NCBI GenBank assembly: GCA_050084515.1
Contig: CM114271.1
Span: forward strand, 36,084,001 to 36,148,000
Direction: 5' to 3'
DNA length: 64,000 bases
Source: Blasia pusilla
Lineage: Eukaryota
The notes beneath the pieces were generated by a model. It was not told the origin of the DNA and did not search any database. It saw only the letters and a program-made list of their open reading frames with translations. The first letter of the stretch is position 1. The number at the start of each line of letters is the position of its first letter. The position numbers and the translations under genes are program-made. This document shows positions 1 to 13,789 of this stretch, piece by piece.

Positions 1-329
1 TCAACATGATTAAGGATATGATATTAACTCCATGACCCAATCTGATGAAGGTCATAATACTAGCCATGTCAAGCCAACGGGTAAGAAAAGAGTTAAGCAT
101 TTACATTTACCGATGAACTCAATTGTGTGAAACCAGTTTTAGGCAACTCGCTTCTCTCCGTATATTCTAGCCCCGTGCCCAAGGACTCCTTTGAGGTACG
201 TTGTTGCACCTGCACATGCTCCTTAAATACATAAATTATGAAATTCATGCATGTGAAAGGATTCATTGCAAATATGGAAATGAAGCAATAATGGAAGTTT
301 TCTACCATTATATAACTTTAGCAAGAAAA

Positions 330-2437
330 CTAGGGAATGCCAAGATGACTTACATCAAGTCCATCTAAACCTGCACGGCCGGAGAAATTTAAAGTCTGGA
401 CCTTGGCCCTTGCTCGAGCCATCTTTTCTGCCTTCATTTTGCCTTCCTCGGAGAGCCAATAATCTACTAATCGATTCCATGACTCCTCATTGGTATCAGG
501 GTGACATGGGACTGCTCGATGAGCCCCATGTAATGTCCAATAGTTCTTGACATTGGATCGCTCGGTTTTCAATAGTTGTGCTATTTTTTTCTTCATGAAA
601 TCAAGCGAAAGAGATGATGCACCCACATATGTGTATGCCTCAAGGATATGATTCAAGCAATGACCATGTTGATAGAATTCTGTTTACCAATCTCAATACA
701 TGATAAGTCCAAGTACCTCATCACCCATACCTTCAATTCATTTAGCCAAGGCTCATAACGAGGAACTCTAGGCGACGGAATACCATTTGGCATGAGCTCA
801 CATCTAGGTTTTAAGTTTTGCTCCTTCCTAATGGAGACATCACGAGTCCACAAATCACGCTTTGTGCGACTCTGCCGCTCTCCTACAAATATACCACCAT
901 CCCAATTCTCAGATATAAAAAATATAGGGCCGACAATTATAAACTCACCAAATCATAATTATGTTGAACTATATTAACTATAAGACCAACTTATACTAGT
1001 AACAATTTCACACCTTTCATAATACAACAACCTATTTTAGTATAAATTTGCAAACTTGGAACCAAGTGAGAAGTCACCTTTAGATGCACCTGCTTGCGGG
1101 GTCAAATTTTTTGATGGGCTTGGTGTTGTGCAAGATTGAGACCTACTACGGTATAATTCATCATCCGTATTCCCGTTGGCCAATGGAGGTACCAATGGTG
1201 TTGGGGGCAGCGGTTGGGATGGCCCATGTCCCTTGTGTCCACAAAAGAAATACAATTAACTAGTTAGACTTCCAATTAATTGAATTCCCGTGTGCAAAAC
1301 AAGAAAGAACAGAATAGTAAGCCTGCTTACCCATGGGGGTGGGATGTTCATGGATGATTGAGCTCCATTGGTCCATGGTGGCTGAAATTGACTTCCATAA
1401 CCCATCGGTGATTGCATCATCATTGGTACCCACCACGGCATCGGCTTTGTGCCCATGGGGGTGGATGAGGGGATATGCTTGCGAAGGCATTATGGGTTGT
1501 GATGGAGTTCCATCCATGGGCTGCACATGCAAGTAAATGGATGAATAAACTAAACTAGAGACCATTTGATGAGCAAAGATTAGTGAAGTCATAATGATAG
1601 GCTTCTACCACTCAATTTATTACATACCAATCATACATATAGAGATAGTTGAATATTCCTCCATGTATACAATTACATTACCGCATCGTTTGTATTGGTG
1701 GAATTTTGTACACTTCCTTGTTTGGATGGTTCGATTGGACGCTCCTTTGCTTGTTTGGAAAATTGGACGCTCCTTCAAAACAGACATTTCGTTGTGAGTT
1801 AACAGAGTCGTCATAATTCTGAAATCTGAAGAGAGTAGCAAAACAACAAGATGTGAAGAGAAAGTACCCTCCCATCCTCCAGCCACAAGTCGTCATCCTC
1901 TTGGTCCCCAAGAAGTCCATCTCTAGGAGTGGATTATAATAGGGGTCTTTGGAATCACTATCTGAACAATCTTTTCGAATCTCCTCGGGATTACACTTTG
2001 GTTAGTGGCCTTCTCCTCCAACCGTAAGGCTGCGTCTTTGTGGAAGGAAGGATTCCAAAATGGCAAAGGCTTGCGCTCCTTCACAACCCTTGGAGCAACA
2101 AACCTTCAAAATATGATCACACAAATTTTGTCATATTTTCTAATGTACAACCACTATATGAACATGATACACTTGACCAAATAAAGCAAAAGAAAAAGAT
2201 TATCCAAGATCATACTTACCAATCCTTCAACCCACCAAACAACTCCGCCTCTTTGGCCTTTCTCTCTTTCACTCTACGATTCCTTTCTTCTTCGTATGGA
2301 TTAGGACTTTGTTGAACATTATCTATACCATCCCAAGATGAACTCTGATTGGATTCCATGTTCTCTTCAGTCATATCAGGTACACCGTTCCAAGCGCCTC
2401 CCTCCCTCTGTAGACGACAAGTTAGCAAGAATAACAC
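330..2437 (-). pseudogene. CACTA TnpA/ORF2-like multi-exon gene, frameshifted, continues beyond window start
   Basis: ORF 330-656 (EESWNRLVDYWLSEEGKMKAEKMARAR...SGRAG) resembles the Ptta/En-Spm (Transposase_24) region; Pro-rich exons; lies downstream of TnpD on the same strand. Confidence 0.7.
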
Positions 2438-2604
2438 CTAACTTGACGGCAATTCGAGAGTTCTACTTGTTGCCGTAGAGTTTCATTCCATTATGCCCAA
2501 CAACACCAGAATTCACTTACATCCTCGTAACAAAAGTCAATTATTTGAATCATAAAAAAAAAAAAACACAATGATGAGTACCAAAGAAACAACTATGAAT
2601 TAAT

Positions 2605-5600
2605 CTAATCTGATTCTGAGTTATTAGAGTCTGAATCAACATCTTCTATCATATCGCATACATGGATTATTGGCACATGTTGCACATCCACTCTAGCTGT
2701 TTCCATCTCTGCATCACTTAGGACTCTAGCTCCTAAGGTACTTGCATCTAGTAGATTCCCTGGTTCCATGCATGTGGCATGGAAGGTGGGCAAAACATTA
2801 CAAGCTCCATCTAGCGACTCTAAGTCATCAAAATAAACTCTCCGAGCTCTAGCTTCCTTCCTCATTACCACTTTCCATCCTCCACCCTCATCGGCATCTC
2901 CATAAAACACTTGTTGCACTTGTGATGGGAAAACAAATGGCTGGTGATCTAATGGCTCGCATGACCTCAAGTTGGCCATGAGAAAAACCCTCCTTATCTA
3001 ATTTCATGGATCCTACTCTTGAATCCCAATTTGCTTTAACCCACCGCCCTCGCATTAGTATTATGGGTTGTTCTACAACCCCATAATCAAGTAAGAGAAT
3101 ATCAACCAACACCCCAAGGTATGAGTATAGACAATTCTGGTTGGAACTTTTTTCATCAACAAATCGCACCTATTCCACTATCATAAGTAGAGAAGGGTGT
3201 CGCACCACTTGGCCCTTCTACCCTGAAGTGGTTTCCGTAGGCTTTCATACTCTTGAATGACAATGCCCTACTATTAGGAGGTATAGCTAACGATAGTAGG
3301 TGAGCATCAGGATCTTTTGAGTTGTCAATTGCATCCTGTGTAATGGCAAGCGAATCCACTTTTCAAAAGGAATGTCTCTCGAACATGACTGATATTTCTG
3401 TTCAATAACAATGTTAATGGTATAAGTACATTCTTTTGTATTTAATGTGTCAATACCAAAATAATATACACTTTGAGAGTCCGAACTGTAATTCACATAA
3501 CTATAACCTTGAAAAGCATATATTGGAGAGTTTTACCTTTGCCAATCAACCATGACCTCTGTATTATGCAACACATAATGATGTGCTAAGTTGATCATTT
3601 TCTGAAAGTCGAACCGGAGTGCTGCACCTTCTAGCTCCTCACCAACAACCCCTCTTCCTCCCCATCATCCCACACTCGCGTCCGCACGTCTTCAAACCTT
3701 TTCATATACTCGGTCACAAACCCTAATGCCTCGTCCTTCACATACCCTTCTCGCCATACATCCCTCTGGTCTAGCTTTAGACCGTACATATTTCTTCATG
3801 TACCCCATATATCGCTCCATTGGATACATCCATCGACATGCTCATGGCCACACATGTCCAACTCTTCTACGACATGAATCAACAAATGTGTCATCACGTC
3901 GAAGAAAGATGGAGGGAAGTGCATTTCAAACAGACAAAGGGTTATGGCAATCTCTTCCAAGAGTTTGTCAAATAAAGCTGGATCATACACCTTTGTGTAC
4001 ACACCATTCTAAAAATGCCGGATAATCTAATAACCACCATTCTCACGTGGTCTTTCAAAGACCACGGATGCAATAAGGAAGGACTTTTTGAATGAAGACA
4101 TGGTAATCATGTGATTTCATATTGCCCAATTTTCGATTAACCACATGCTTGGAGAGTTCTCCACAATATCCAGATGGCACTTTCAAGTTTTGAATCCTCG
4201 AAAGGAAAGTGTTCAAGTCATGGGGAGATAGACAATAATCGGAAACTGGTTTAAGCAAAACTTGGGGTTTACTAGGATGGGGTTGCAACCACAAATGGGA
4301 TCGAATCCCACGGGCCTCCAGATCTCTCCTTACTTTCACAGTATCTTTCACTCCAAATAAGGTCTTGACTAGATTCTCAACGATATTCTTCTCAACGTGC
4401 ATTACATCTAACGTATGGCGTATAAGCAAATTCTGATTGTATCGTCAAGGAAGCATGGACATCTCACAACTTCAACATGATAGCTAATATTCACAATCAA
4501 ATAAAACAAAAGCCATCCTCCTCTATAGCCACTATTTCATAACATAAAGAATGGATAATACAGAGAAGGAGCAGGATACTCGCCAATATGGCAACGAATA
4601 TAGTATACTCAGCCTTTTCACCCCAGTTCTCTTGTAGGGATCAGTAGGGCCGTCTTCTCGACCCCCACTCTCATCATATGCATGTTTTTCATTTGCCCAT
4701 CCAATAATCTCTCTGGAAAGTAGTCTAGGCACGCGTGGTCTAAGTTCTGCACTCCCGTTGAAGTGAGATCCATACCTGCGGGTCCTCCATGGATGGCTCA
4801 ATGGGAGATATCGACGATGACAACCGTATATGGGCTTGCCACAAGACTTTGAAAAATCAGAATCCACTCGAGGCCGCATATAGTACATCCTAATTTTCCA
4901 CCATGGCTCGCTTGACTATAGTTCCGTATGTTAGGGTAATCATTTATGGTCCATAGTAAGGTAGCCCTGAACATGAAGTTCCAACTTCCGCCTACCTTCC
5001 GGACGTCATGAAATTGAACCCCTTTCCACAATTCTTGGAACTCTTCCACTAGAGGAAGCAAGTATGTGTCTATGTTTTTCCCATTTACACTTTCCTTTCT
5101 GGTATGATCAAAGAGAGCATCACAAAGAATTTTTTTGTCGGAGCCAGGAGGCAAGTTATAATTAACAAGAAGCACGGGCCATGTTGACCACGAACTCGAC
5201 TTGTCTGAAAATGGATTCACTCCGTCCAAAGCTAGCCCAAAACTCGCAATTCCTCTTCTCCTCGGCAAAGTCCGGATATAAGTTGTCCATGTGGCGCCAT
5301 GACTTGCAATCTGTATGTCTTACTAAGCTATCCTTGCTCTCGATTCAAGGGGCCCATGTTAACAATTCAGACAACGTCTTGCATCTAAACATACGTCTCA
5401 TCCGAGGTATGACAGAAAATGCCTTAATACCTTACATGGTACCAACGTTCTACCCACTTTCCGGAACCTTGGTTTCCCACATAATGGACAGATCTCGACT
5501 TCACCAAATCACCCCGAATAAAACACATCCACCGACACGCATGAATCTTTGTTGTAACCTAAGCCTAGTTTACCAATGAGTTTTTTGCTACATAATAACT

Positions 5601-6276
5601 CGGTGGCACCAAGTTCCTATTTGGTAGGACCAACTTACAAAGGAGTTTCAGAAATTCGTCAATAGCTACATTTGGGACGCCATGGGTGGTTTGAATGTTA
5701 AATAGTAACATGACAAAAGCCAAAACAGATGTTTTTCTTTGTAGGGAACAAGGGTTTGCAAGCTTCAAACCAAGCTCCTCATATTCATCTCCATGATTGA
5801 ATGGTGGTTCTTCGTTTGATATTCCCTTCGGTAATTCATCGATGAGAGAGATGTCTCTTGATTTCATCCTCGTGTATATGGTGATATTTCTGGAAAATAT
5901 CATTGAGCATTTTATGAACGTCAATATGCTCGTCTATATCTGCCATGGAAGATCTCTCCCTTCCATCCACATGGAAGGTGGGGGCTGACTCCATTGTCTT
6001 ATCCTCTTGGCTTCTTTTTTCAGCAAGATCATGCATAAGCCACTCCTCATCTGAAGAGTCCCATCCATCCCTAGATTTTGGCACTCGACAAAGCACCGAG
6101 CATCCATTTTTTCTCAAATGTGCTTCCACCTTGCCGATGGACAACGTAGACCCACCCTTACAGTCATTGCACGGACACCGCAATCTTTTACAACCCAAAG
6201 ACACTAGCACGTGTGCTTTCCGTTGCCACAACTTGGAATCATGTGCCTTTACTCTAACTAGGTGGTTCAAATCCAT
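2605..6276 (-). pseudogene. CACTA TnpD transposase, frameshifted
   Basis: Motifs in expected order: LRCPCNDCK...VEAHL; GLALDGVNPF..STWPVLLVNYNLPP; LLWTINDYP; RHTLDVMHVEKN; MKSHDYH; FPPSFFDVMTHLLIH; PFVFPSQVQQVFY. Confidence 0.93.
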
Positions 6277-6590
6277 TCTAAGGGATTGAAGTAGATTCCA
6301 AAGCGTGAATGAAACATTCCAAACACATCCAAAACCATGACATCTTGCCTCAATAACAAATTCCATAAACCATGGTGGCTGAGCTATCATCCGAATGCAT
6401 ACTCACGTGAAGTCAAGACAAGTATGATAAGGCACGTATACCTAACCTGGTTCTTATTTCGATGGAGATCTCAATCATCACTAACAATCCTCACCGATGC
6501 GGTCCAATGCTTCCAACGACATTCTGAATGACAATTGTAACACACCCAAATTCAGATAATGACTCAGTCCTTTGATATGTACACTTCATC

Positions 6591-7930
6591 ATGGCCTCGT
6601 CTAATAAATGTTTCCAGCGAATCAGTCTTTGATGAATGCACAAGAGAACTGAATCTGGAGACATAATCTATGTGCCCCTTTCCTTAGTTGGGATCTTTTG
6701 TCCGATTGGAAATTGGTAAAACATAACTCGAACTGATTATTCATGTTTATCTATTGAGCTTTCTGCTTCAAAGAATGAGTTGGTTTCATCGATTATCTAG
6801 TTTAATGCTCTACATTTAATCACTGCGACTCGGTTGGAAACTTTAACTTTTGTTTCAGGAGAAATTGGTGGAAATCTTGAGTAATACTGTAATAGAGTGA
6901 AGGGCCATGAAGACGAGGTGAGTAGACTACTTTTGAGGACACAAATCCCAATCAATCTTTCTAGCATGAAGTAGTTCTACTTGACGCTTTAAGATGAAGT
7001 AGTTCCCAAGAATTGACGCTTAATATTTCTCTGAATAGACAAGAATTAGGCGCAGATTTTTCAATCTATCACTCGGACCAGCGCTCCCGTTCCACACTTT
7101 GGGGACATAGCTCGAAAGGGTAAAATGATTTACATGATTCTATAGCGCTGATGTCATGTGTTTTGGGTGGAGCGCAAATGCAGCTGCCATTCTTTGAGAA
7201 GGAAAGAGAGAGTGAGGTAGTAGAATCGAGCTCCGAAGAGAGTTAATGCACACTCAAGAGCACTCCGTGTAGCTCAAGAAAGACGAGCGACTCACGATAA
7301 AGGACAAGGATGGTCCGAGTGCACATGACTCTGGTGTGACTTCGGTCCTCGGCGTGGGCATGCGGATGATGGGCAAGGTGAAACAAGACGTAACACCCTT
7401 GAAGTGGAGAATGAAGAATTATGCAAAGAATCTGTTTCATACCCTAAAACACCTTCACCTGGTCTACCATCGAACGAGCTTCTCAAGCGGAGAGCGGGTC
7501 CAAAGCGACTTTCAGATCATCAAGAAAATTCTCTTAAAGCACAACCGGACTCGAATTGTTGGCATCCGAACAAAGAATTGGTAGCGAGATCTTAGAAGCA
7601 CAATCAAAGAGACTCAGAACGCGGTTAGAATTGGAACAGAGACATTCCAAACATGAGTCGAGTTACAAAATAAATTAGCAAACATTCAGGGCCGTGAGTC
7701 CGAACTTCAAAAGCGAGATAGTACTCTGCAAGAGCGCTACAAGAGCAAGTCCGTTAGTCTAATGAGCAAAGAACTTGTCGCCAAAATGTAAACAGAGGGC
7801 TTCTTTGAAAGTCCGAACGACTCTACTAATGAACTTCAGAGTGAGTGAAGCGTGCCAATGAACAAGTTGAAACGTTGAAGGAGCAAAATCACTCGTTGTC
7901 CGAGATCACAGAGAGCGATCGAATCTGAAA
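6591..7930 (+). pseudogene. Coiled-coil-like coding region upstream of the PPR-SMR cargo, possibly the N-terminus of the same gene
   Basis: E/Q/K/L-rich translated fragments (ENEELCKES, ESELQKRD, EQVETLKEQNHSLSEI); present in both CACTA copies; possible GT-AG introns; start position uncertain. Confidence 0.4.
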
Positions 7931-7974
7931 TTAAGGCGATGCTAGCATCATCGCAGAGCAATGTACTATAATGC

Positions 7975-9405
7975 AAGCCGAGATGATTCTATTATCCCGA
8001 TTGCAATGGTTGATTGCCTTGGCAAGGTGGCCAATTTCGAGTGCCGCATGAAATCTATTTTTGAGATGAAAGAGAAGGGTCATTCGTTGGACGTGGTTTT
8101 CTACACAAGAATGATTGATATTTGTGGGAAGTGTGGTTACTATGAAAAAGCCGTTGAGTTCTATGATGAAATGCGAAGGTTGGAGTGGAGCCAAATATAT
8201 TTACTTATAACACTCTCATCAATTGCTTGGGAAAATATGGCAATCATCCGCTGCTCACCAAATTGTTTTGTGAGATGCTGCAGCGGCGTGGTTGTGAGCC
8301 TAATGTAGTCACTTACAACACCCTCATAGATCTTTACTCTAAAGCGGGCAAACGAGAACTTAGCATGGAAATCTTGAAAGCTACAAGCAACACGGTATCC
8401 GGCCAGACTCGGGTACTTTCATCACAATGATGGAAACTCTCGTGGGCAAGCAACAAGAAGTTGAGAATATGTTACGGAAGATGAAGGAAGTGGGCATGAT
8501 GTCGGGCTTCCAACATACAATATCTTGATTGATATGTGGGGCAAAGCAGGTAACATTGAGAAGATAATTTTCGGCACAAGGACTTATTAGATTCAGGTTA
8601 ACCCTGGACTACGTCACTCTTAGAAGCATGATATCTACTTATTTAAGAGTGCATATGTATGATCTTTGTGAAAAATGATCATTGATACTATGTCCACATT
8701 GGGCATCGCATGATTGACTCTAGCATGAGTGCAATACTCCTTCAACATTGCTCGGGGCTAGAACACCGGGAACATGTGGATGGTCTGCTGAGTGTGCTAG
8801 CAAACACGAGACACCCGCTTATGCCTTTGTAATCACTCTAATTGGATCTCAAGTGAGGACATCACAAAGATATTGTGAACGCTTCTTTGATTCTTTGCCA
8901 TCGAAGAGAAGGATGGTAAATTAATGTTCCTTGATGCTTTGATCATGTTCCTCCACAATCTCATTTTGCAAAGTGGAAGCAGGGTGTGTTTGGGACTATC
9001 TTTGTTAGCCATGACTTCTTTCCTCAAGCTGTTACCATACAAACTACACCTAGTCATTGGTTTATGGACTTTCATACCATGTTAGTTGGGAGAGCATTAG
9101 TTGCCCTCACAAGGACCTTAGCCACATTCAGGGGATGCTATGATTACGATTTAACTCTGTACCGGATCAGGTCTTTATTATTACCGGTGGGGCAAAGGAA
9201 GCAGGGTGCTGGATGTTCAACAGTCAAACAAGCTGCCCAAGAGAAGTTGTATGCCCTCCGATCTCCTTTCTATGTGAGTGGGATGAACTTGGGTTGCTTT
9301 TTTTTTGCGAAGGGGAACCTTTTCTTGATTGGGTGCAGTGACTTACTCGGGACTAAGCTACCACTATGGATACAAGTTAATGCTACTCCTTGGGTCACCA
9401 AGTGA
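7975..9405 (+). pseudogene. P-class PPR repeats plus C-terminal SMR domain (PPR-SMR), carried inside CACTA
   Basis: PPR motifs DVVFYTRMIDICGKCG, EPNIFTYNTLINCLGKYG, EPNVVTYNTLIDLYSKAG; SMR signature across frameshifts: WFMDFHTMLVGRALVALTRTLA..IITG(W)GKGSRV..STVKQA.QEKL..LRSPF...NLGCF. Confidence 0.88.
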
Positions 9406-10053
9406 CGCTTGAGAAAATCATCTTATTTCGTGCTACAAAGTTCACTTTCGAGTTGCCCTCGCATTGCCTGCCTCATCATCTTTCAACTTCCTTCCCTCAA
9501 TCGTCTCGCCCACTTGTTAGTAGGGTGCGGGAGCTTGCAAACGCTGAACCTCAATCGTGTGCAAAGCCTTCAAAACCTCTAAAGCCCTTTGTTAGTAGGG
9601 TGCAGGAGCTTTTAAAACGCGGGAATGTGCAAAGCCTTCAAAACCGAATCGCATCGCACTTAAAAAAGAGCCAAAGCCTAGGTCCTTGCCACGGCACACT
9701 CAACATGTCAAATAAGCCTACAACCTGACTTTGATTGCCATGTTGGCATAGAAAAAAATGTGATACTCTAGGTGCCCATTCACATGGTGCTAAATTGTTG
9801 TCCATTCTTTTAGCATCCATAAAAATTTGGTGGAGAGATGACCTAAAAATGTTGACCACATTGAGTTGGTTATAATTCCAAGTAGTAAATACCTACCCGT
9901 TTGCTTTGCTACATTAAGCATATGAAAAAAAATTTACACAAAATCCAAACATGCATGCCCGTGATATAAGTAAGAAGGCCCAAATAAGTCTTGAAGATTA
10001 GAGGGGTGGAGGTCACATCGTCAAAGAAAAACCACGCAAGAAATCTCACTCGA

Positions 10054-10565
10054 GAAAAATGGAAGGAGCACTAGGAACATTACTTGTAAGTTACTCCTCT
10101 TCCACTTTCTTGTTCATTTGATGTTCTTATCCTCCAAAACAAGCCCATAAATCATGAAACTTGATCACACCATGCCCTTCACGTTAGGACCAAGGGGGAA
10201 AAAAATAAAACCCCAAATGCTTCTTGGGGTTTGGGAGTTAAAAATCAAAAACCCTTAGCTCAGGTCTTCATTTTTTAATGCAGCATGGAGAATTCTATAT
10301 AAGATCTACACCGTCCAAGTTCAAGAGGGGCATGACCATCCACAAATTTCCAGGTTTAAGCTCCATCCAACGGTGGCATCAAATGATAAGTGGCAACAAA
10401 GGTGAAAAATGGAAGGAGGACTAGGAAAAAGACTTGTAAGTCACTCCTCTTCCACTTTCTCCTTCATTTGATGTTCCTTCTCCTCCTAAACAAGCCCATA
10501 AATCATGAAACTTGATCACACCATGCCCTTCATGGTCAGGGCCCCAAGGAAAAAAATAAAACCCC
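10054..10565. repeat. ~160-bp direct repeat, 350-bp spacing, in the CACTA subterminal region
   Basis: GAAAAATGGAAGGAG..CTTGTAAG..CATGAAACTTGATCACACCATGCCCTTCA starts at 10054 and at 10404. Confidence 0.85.
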
Positions 10566-11079
10566 CTCAACCAAGAGTCGAAAAAAAAAGAAACGGTTCC
10601 TAGATAGCCACCCCAACCCCACGAACACAGGGAAGAAGAAAAAACTTCAAATGATCACTCACACATTGAATAAAAAATCGTAATCCCTAAATAAGGACTT
10701 TGATTTTTGGTACTAGCATAGAGGGCTATGGGATAGATCCGAACCGTTGCAATTGTGGAGGCATTAAATAACAAGGCATGTGCCAACTTTCAAGACCATC
10801 CAATGGTTGGAAGAAGAGTCAACACCATAATAACATGAAATTGCAACAAGGATTCGAAACAATCCTACTTAATGCCCTCCTCCCCCATCATGACACCTCT
10901 TTTTCGACCCTCCCACCTCAACGAGGGGTCCAGTAACAGAGAGAATTAATGCAAAGTCTTGTGCTTACTTTTATCACCATCTTATGGTTGGATGAAAATA
11001 TATCTCCATGTTAACATGAAAATGACACAAGGACTCTGAATAATCCTACTCAAAATGGGAGCATGAAATCATTTAAACA

Positions 11080-11298
11080 TATGAGTCGTTCTTTATGACT
11101 CATCTTTACTAGGCGAGTGAAACAAGTCTGACTCGTCGTGACTAGTGGGTATTGAAAACTTCTTTAGTCATAAGGAGATGACTCAATGAGTTGTACGACC
11201 CTAAATTTTATGACTAAACCATTTAAGTACTAATTTGAGTCATTCTTTTGGTGAGTCATTTAAAGTCTAGTCATAAAAACCACCCATTTCTTCTAGTG
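11080..11298. repeat. CACTA terminal inverted repeat (11286-11298) and subterminal ATGACT/AGTCAT motif array
   Basis: 13-bp TIR matches 50069-50081; multiple short motifs in both orientations. Confidence 0.9.
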
Positions 11299-13481
11299 GT
11301 GTTTGCGCATTCATGGGATTGGCGAACTTCTATCGGCGATACGTCAAGGGATTCAGTTCGATTGCGAAGCCGCTGACCTTGCTCACCAAGGTGGATCACG
11401 AGTGGCACAGGGGATGAGCGGGGAGCGAGCATTTCGATTGCTCAGGGCGGGTTGGCGTCCGCACCCATCTTGAGGAGACCGATCGGGCGTCCTTTCCAAT
11501 TGCACCTGATTGGAGCATGTTGGGGCTTGGAGCGGTGCTCACCCACCATGATGATGAGGGTAGAGAGTTTGTGGTGGCTTACGCTAGTCGCTCGAACAAC
11601 GCTGCAGAGGCGAAGTACAGCTCGTATGAGGATGAGTGCTTGGTTGCGGTGTGGGCTGTCGCGCATTTTAGGTGTTACTTATTCGGCAACCCCTTTACCA
11701 TCATCATCGATCATCAACCACCGAAGTGGTTGATGGAGTCCGACAAGCTTGGGGAAGCTTGCGAGATGGGCTCTGTTGTTGCAGGAGTATGATTTTCGGT
11801 GGTACATAGACCTGGAACGCTCAACCACGATGCGAGATGGGTTGAGTCGTAACCCATGCCCGAGTCGCCGAGATCGGATCGGAGCTCGATGGCATGGAGA
11901 GAGTGATGAGGAGTCGGTGCCAGGATGGCACGCGTCAGCCTATTTAGGCATGTTGGCTATGGAGAGCAGTGTGGAGACTTCGATGGCGAGGTCTAGTGGA
12001 GAGTCTTTGGATCCCGAGGCCGGTGAGGACCACGACAAGTGGCGAGATATTCATGATGATGGAGTAGTCTTAGAGTACCTTCGCATCGTTTGGCGACCTT
12101 GCGAGCACCATGGATGCTAGAGAGCGGATCGGATCTCTGGCCGGGCCAGACGGTTCCGTTGGGAGGGGACACATGTTTTGAGGGTTTGGGAGGATGGCGA
12201 GTGGCGTGAGTGCGCATCCTTTGCAGAGAGCACGCGACTAGTGCAAAGCATGCCCACGAGGAGTTGGGTCACTTTGGGGTGAAGCGGACGTATAGCTTGC
12301 TCCATTCAGTATTAGTGGCGAGGCATGCGGCGACGCCAGCTTTGTTGCCAGGTGCATGGTGTGTGATCGGTCCGAGCATCATTCAATGCTCCGACTCACG
12401 ATTGCATCCATTACCGATCATGGGCTTAGGGTATAGATGGAGTTTGGATTTTGCGGGACCTTTGCCCTTGACAGAGCGTCGGTCGTTATGTGTTGGTGAT
12501 GGTGAGCACTTCTCAAAGTGGATCGAGTTGGTTGCATTGCGTGACAAAGCAAGTGAGGGAGTAGCTTATGGCTTCCTTGACAGAGTGTTGAGTCATTATG
12601 GCGCACCACGGTGAGGTGTTGATGGACCAGGGTACGGAGTTTCGCGGTGAGTTCCAGGCCTTGTGTGATCGGCCGACGATCGACCACCGCACGACGACCC
12701 CGCGAGATCATCCCGAGGCGGATGGATTAGCGGAGAGAGTTGTGCGAGGCGGTGAAGAGGGTTTACGCAAGTATGGCTTGCGAGAGGTCACCTAGGAGAT
12801 TGGGACCTCCGTTGCCATGGTTGGCGATGGGATCTGATTCAAAGACGACGCATCCTTAGCGTCTTTTTCACCGTATTTGCTACTTTATGGCGAGAGCCGA
12901 TTTACCTGCGGCCATTCATCGAGATGTTGGTGAGGTCTGAACCTTGATGACCCGAGATGTATGGGTGCGAGCATGTTCTCGAGGGCTGAGTTATTTCTGG
13001 AGAGTGATGCCCATGGCGTTCGAGAACTTGGCGATTGCACAAAGATCGGGATATGTTGAGGTATGCGACTATTCGAGGTGGTGGTTATCGACCAACTATC
13101 CGGAGGTTTCATCGGGAGATTATGTCTATTTGCGAGACGGCGGCACCGGCGGCGTTGGATGTGATCAGTAGGGCGCACTATCCGAGAGTGCGTGACATTT
13201 TGCCATCGGGTGTTCTCTTGCTAGAGGGACGCGATGGTATGGTATGGAAGGACCATGTGCGTAATTGTGTGCCATGTCACCTTCCTAACATTGATGGTAC
13301 AGTAGATCCGAGCTTAGTAGTAGTTCCTACAGGCTTGCGTTGTATGTTGTGTGGTTCTTCCCATGGTGCGACCACGATGCTAGTCTGTGATGGGTGTTCG
13401 AGAGGATGGCATATGGCATGTTTGACGCCACCTCTCACTAGGGTTCCTGAGGGACAATGGATGTGTCCCATATATACATAG
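11299..13481 (+). pseudogene. pol: Gypsy pol fragment: RT end, RNase H, integrase, PHD finger
   Basis: VVAYASRSNNAAEAKYSSYE, DHQP.KWL, GKLARWALLLQEYDF, HEELGHFGVKRT, WSLDFAGPLP, DQGTEF, ADGLAER, CMLCG..MLVCDGCSRGWHMACLTPPL..VPEGQWMCP. Confidence 0.9.
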
Positions 13482-13789
13482 AGAAGGTAGTTCTACATTC
13501 CGACTTGTGTCTATGACATGGATGACAAGGAGGCAACTAACGATGGGGCCACATGAGCACCCGGCCTTCTTGCTCTTAGCGTCCGAGAGATGTATGTCAT
13601 GGTAGGTAGGGATAGATGGCTATCTAGAGCTAGAGGGACCTAACCACCAGCTAGGGGGGCGATTGGAGATATTTTGGTTCTTCTTGTCTCGTTGTTTGGA
13701 TGCCATGAGTTAGCATGGGATCATGCGTGTTTGTGTGTGTGTTCGGTGACAGCGATGTATGTTGTGTAGCGATGTGTATGTGCACAACA
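11299..13789 (+). mobile_element. Ty3/Gypsy retrotransposon 3' half with PHD-finger integrase, interrupted by CACTA copy 1
   Basis: RNase H, integrase and PHD motifs; purine tract AGCTAGGGGGGCGA near 13650; short terminal segment ending CACAACA at 13789, homologous to the end of the element at 19861-23990. Confidence 0.88.

Larger units (their letters stand above)
1..11298 (-). mobile_element. CACTA (En/Spm) DNA transposon copy 1, other end outside window
   Basis: Ends in ATTTCTTCTAGTG (11286-11298), the reverse complement of CACTAGAAGAAAT at 50069; ATGACT/AGTCAT subterminal repeats; TnpD- and TnpA-like ORFs; 1..~9450 is near-identical to 52571..~61998. Confidence 0.93.

Noticed and set aside
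5181-6289. Plus-strand ORFs overlapping TnpD, and similar antisense ORFs over Copia and Gypsy genes
   Set aside because: Shadow ORFs opposite well-supported TE genes
7975-9405. Resident host PPR gene or segmental duplication
   Set aside because: It lies between the transposase and the TIR of copy 1 and is duplicated together with the element
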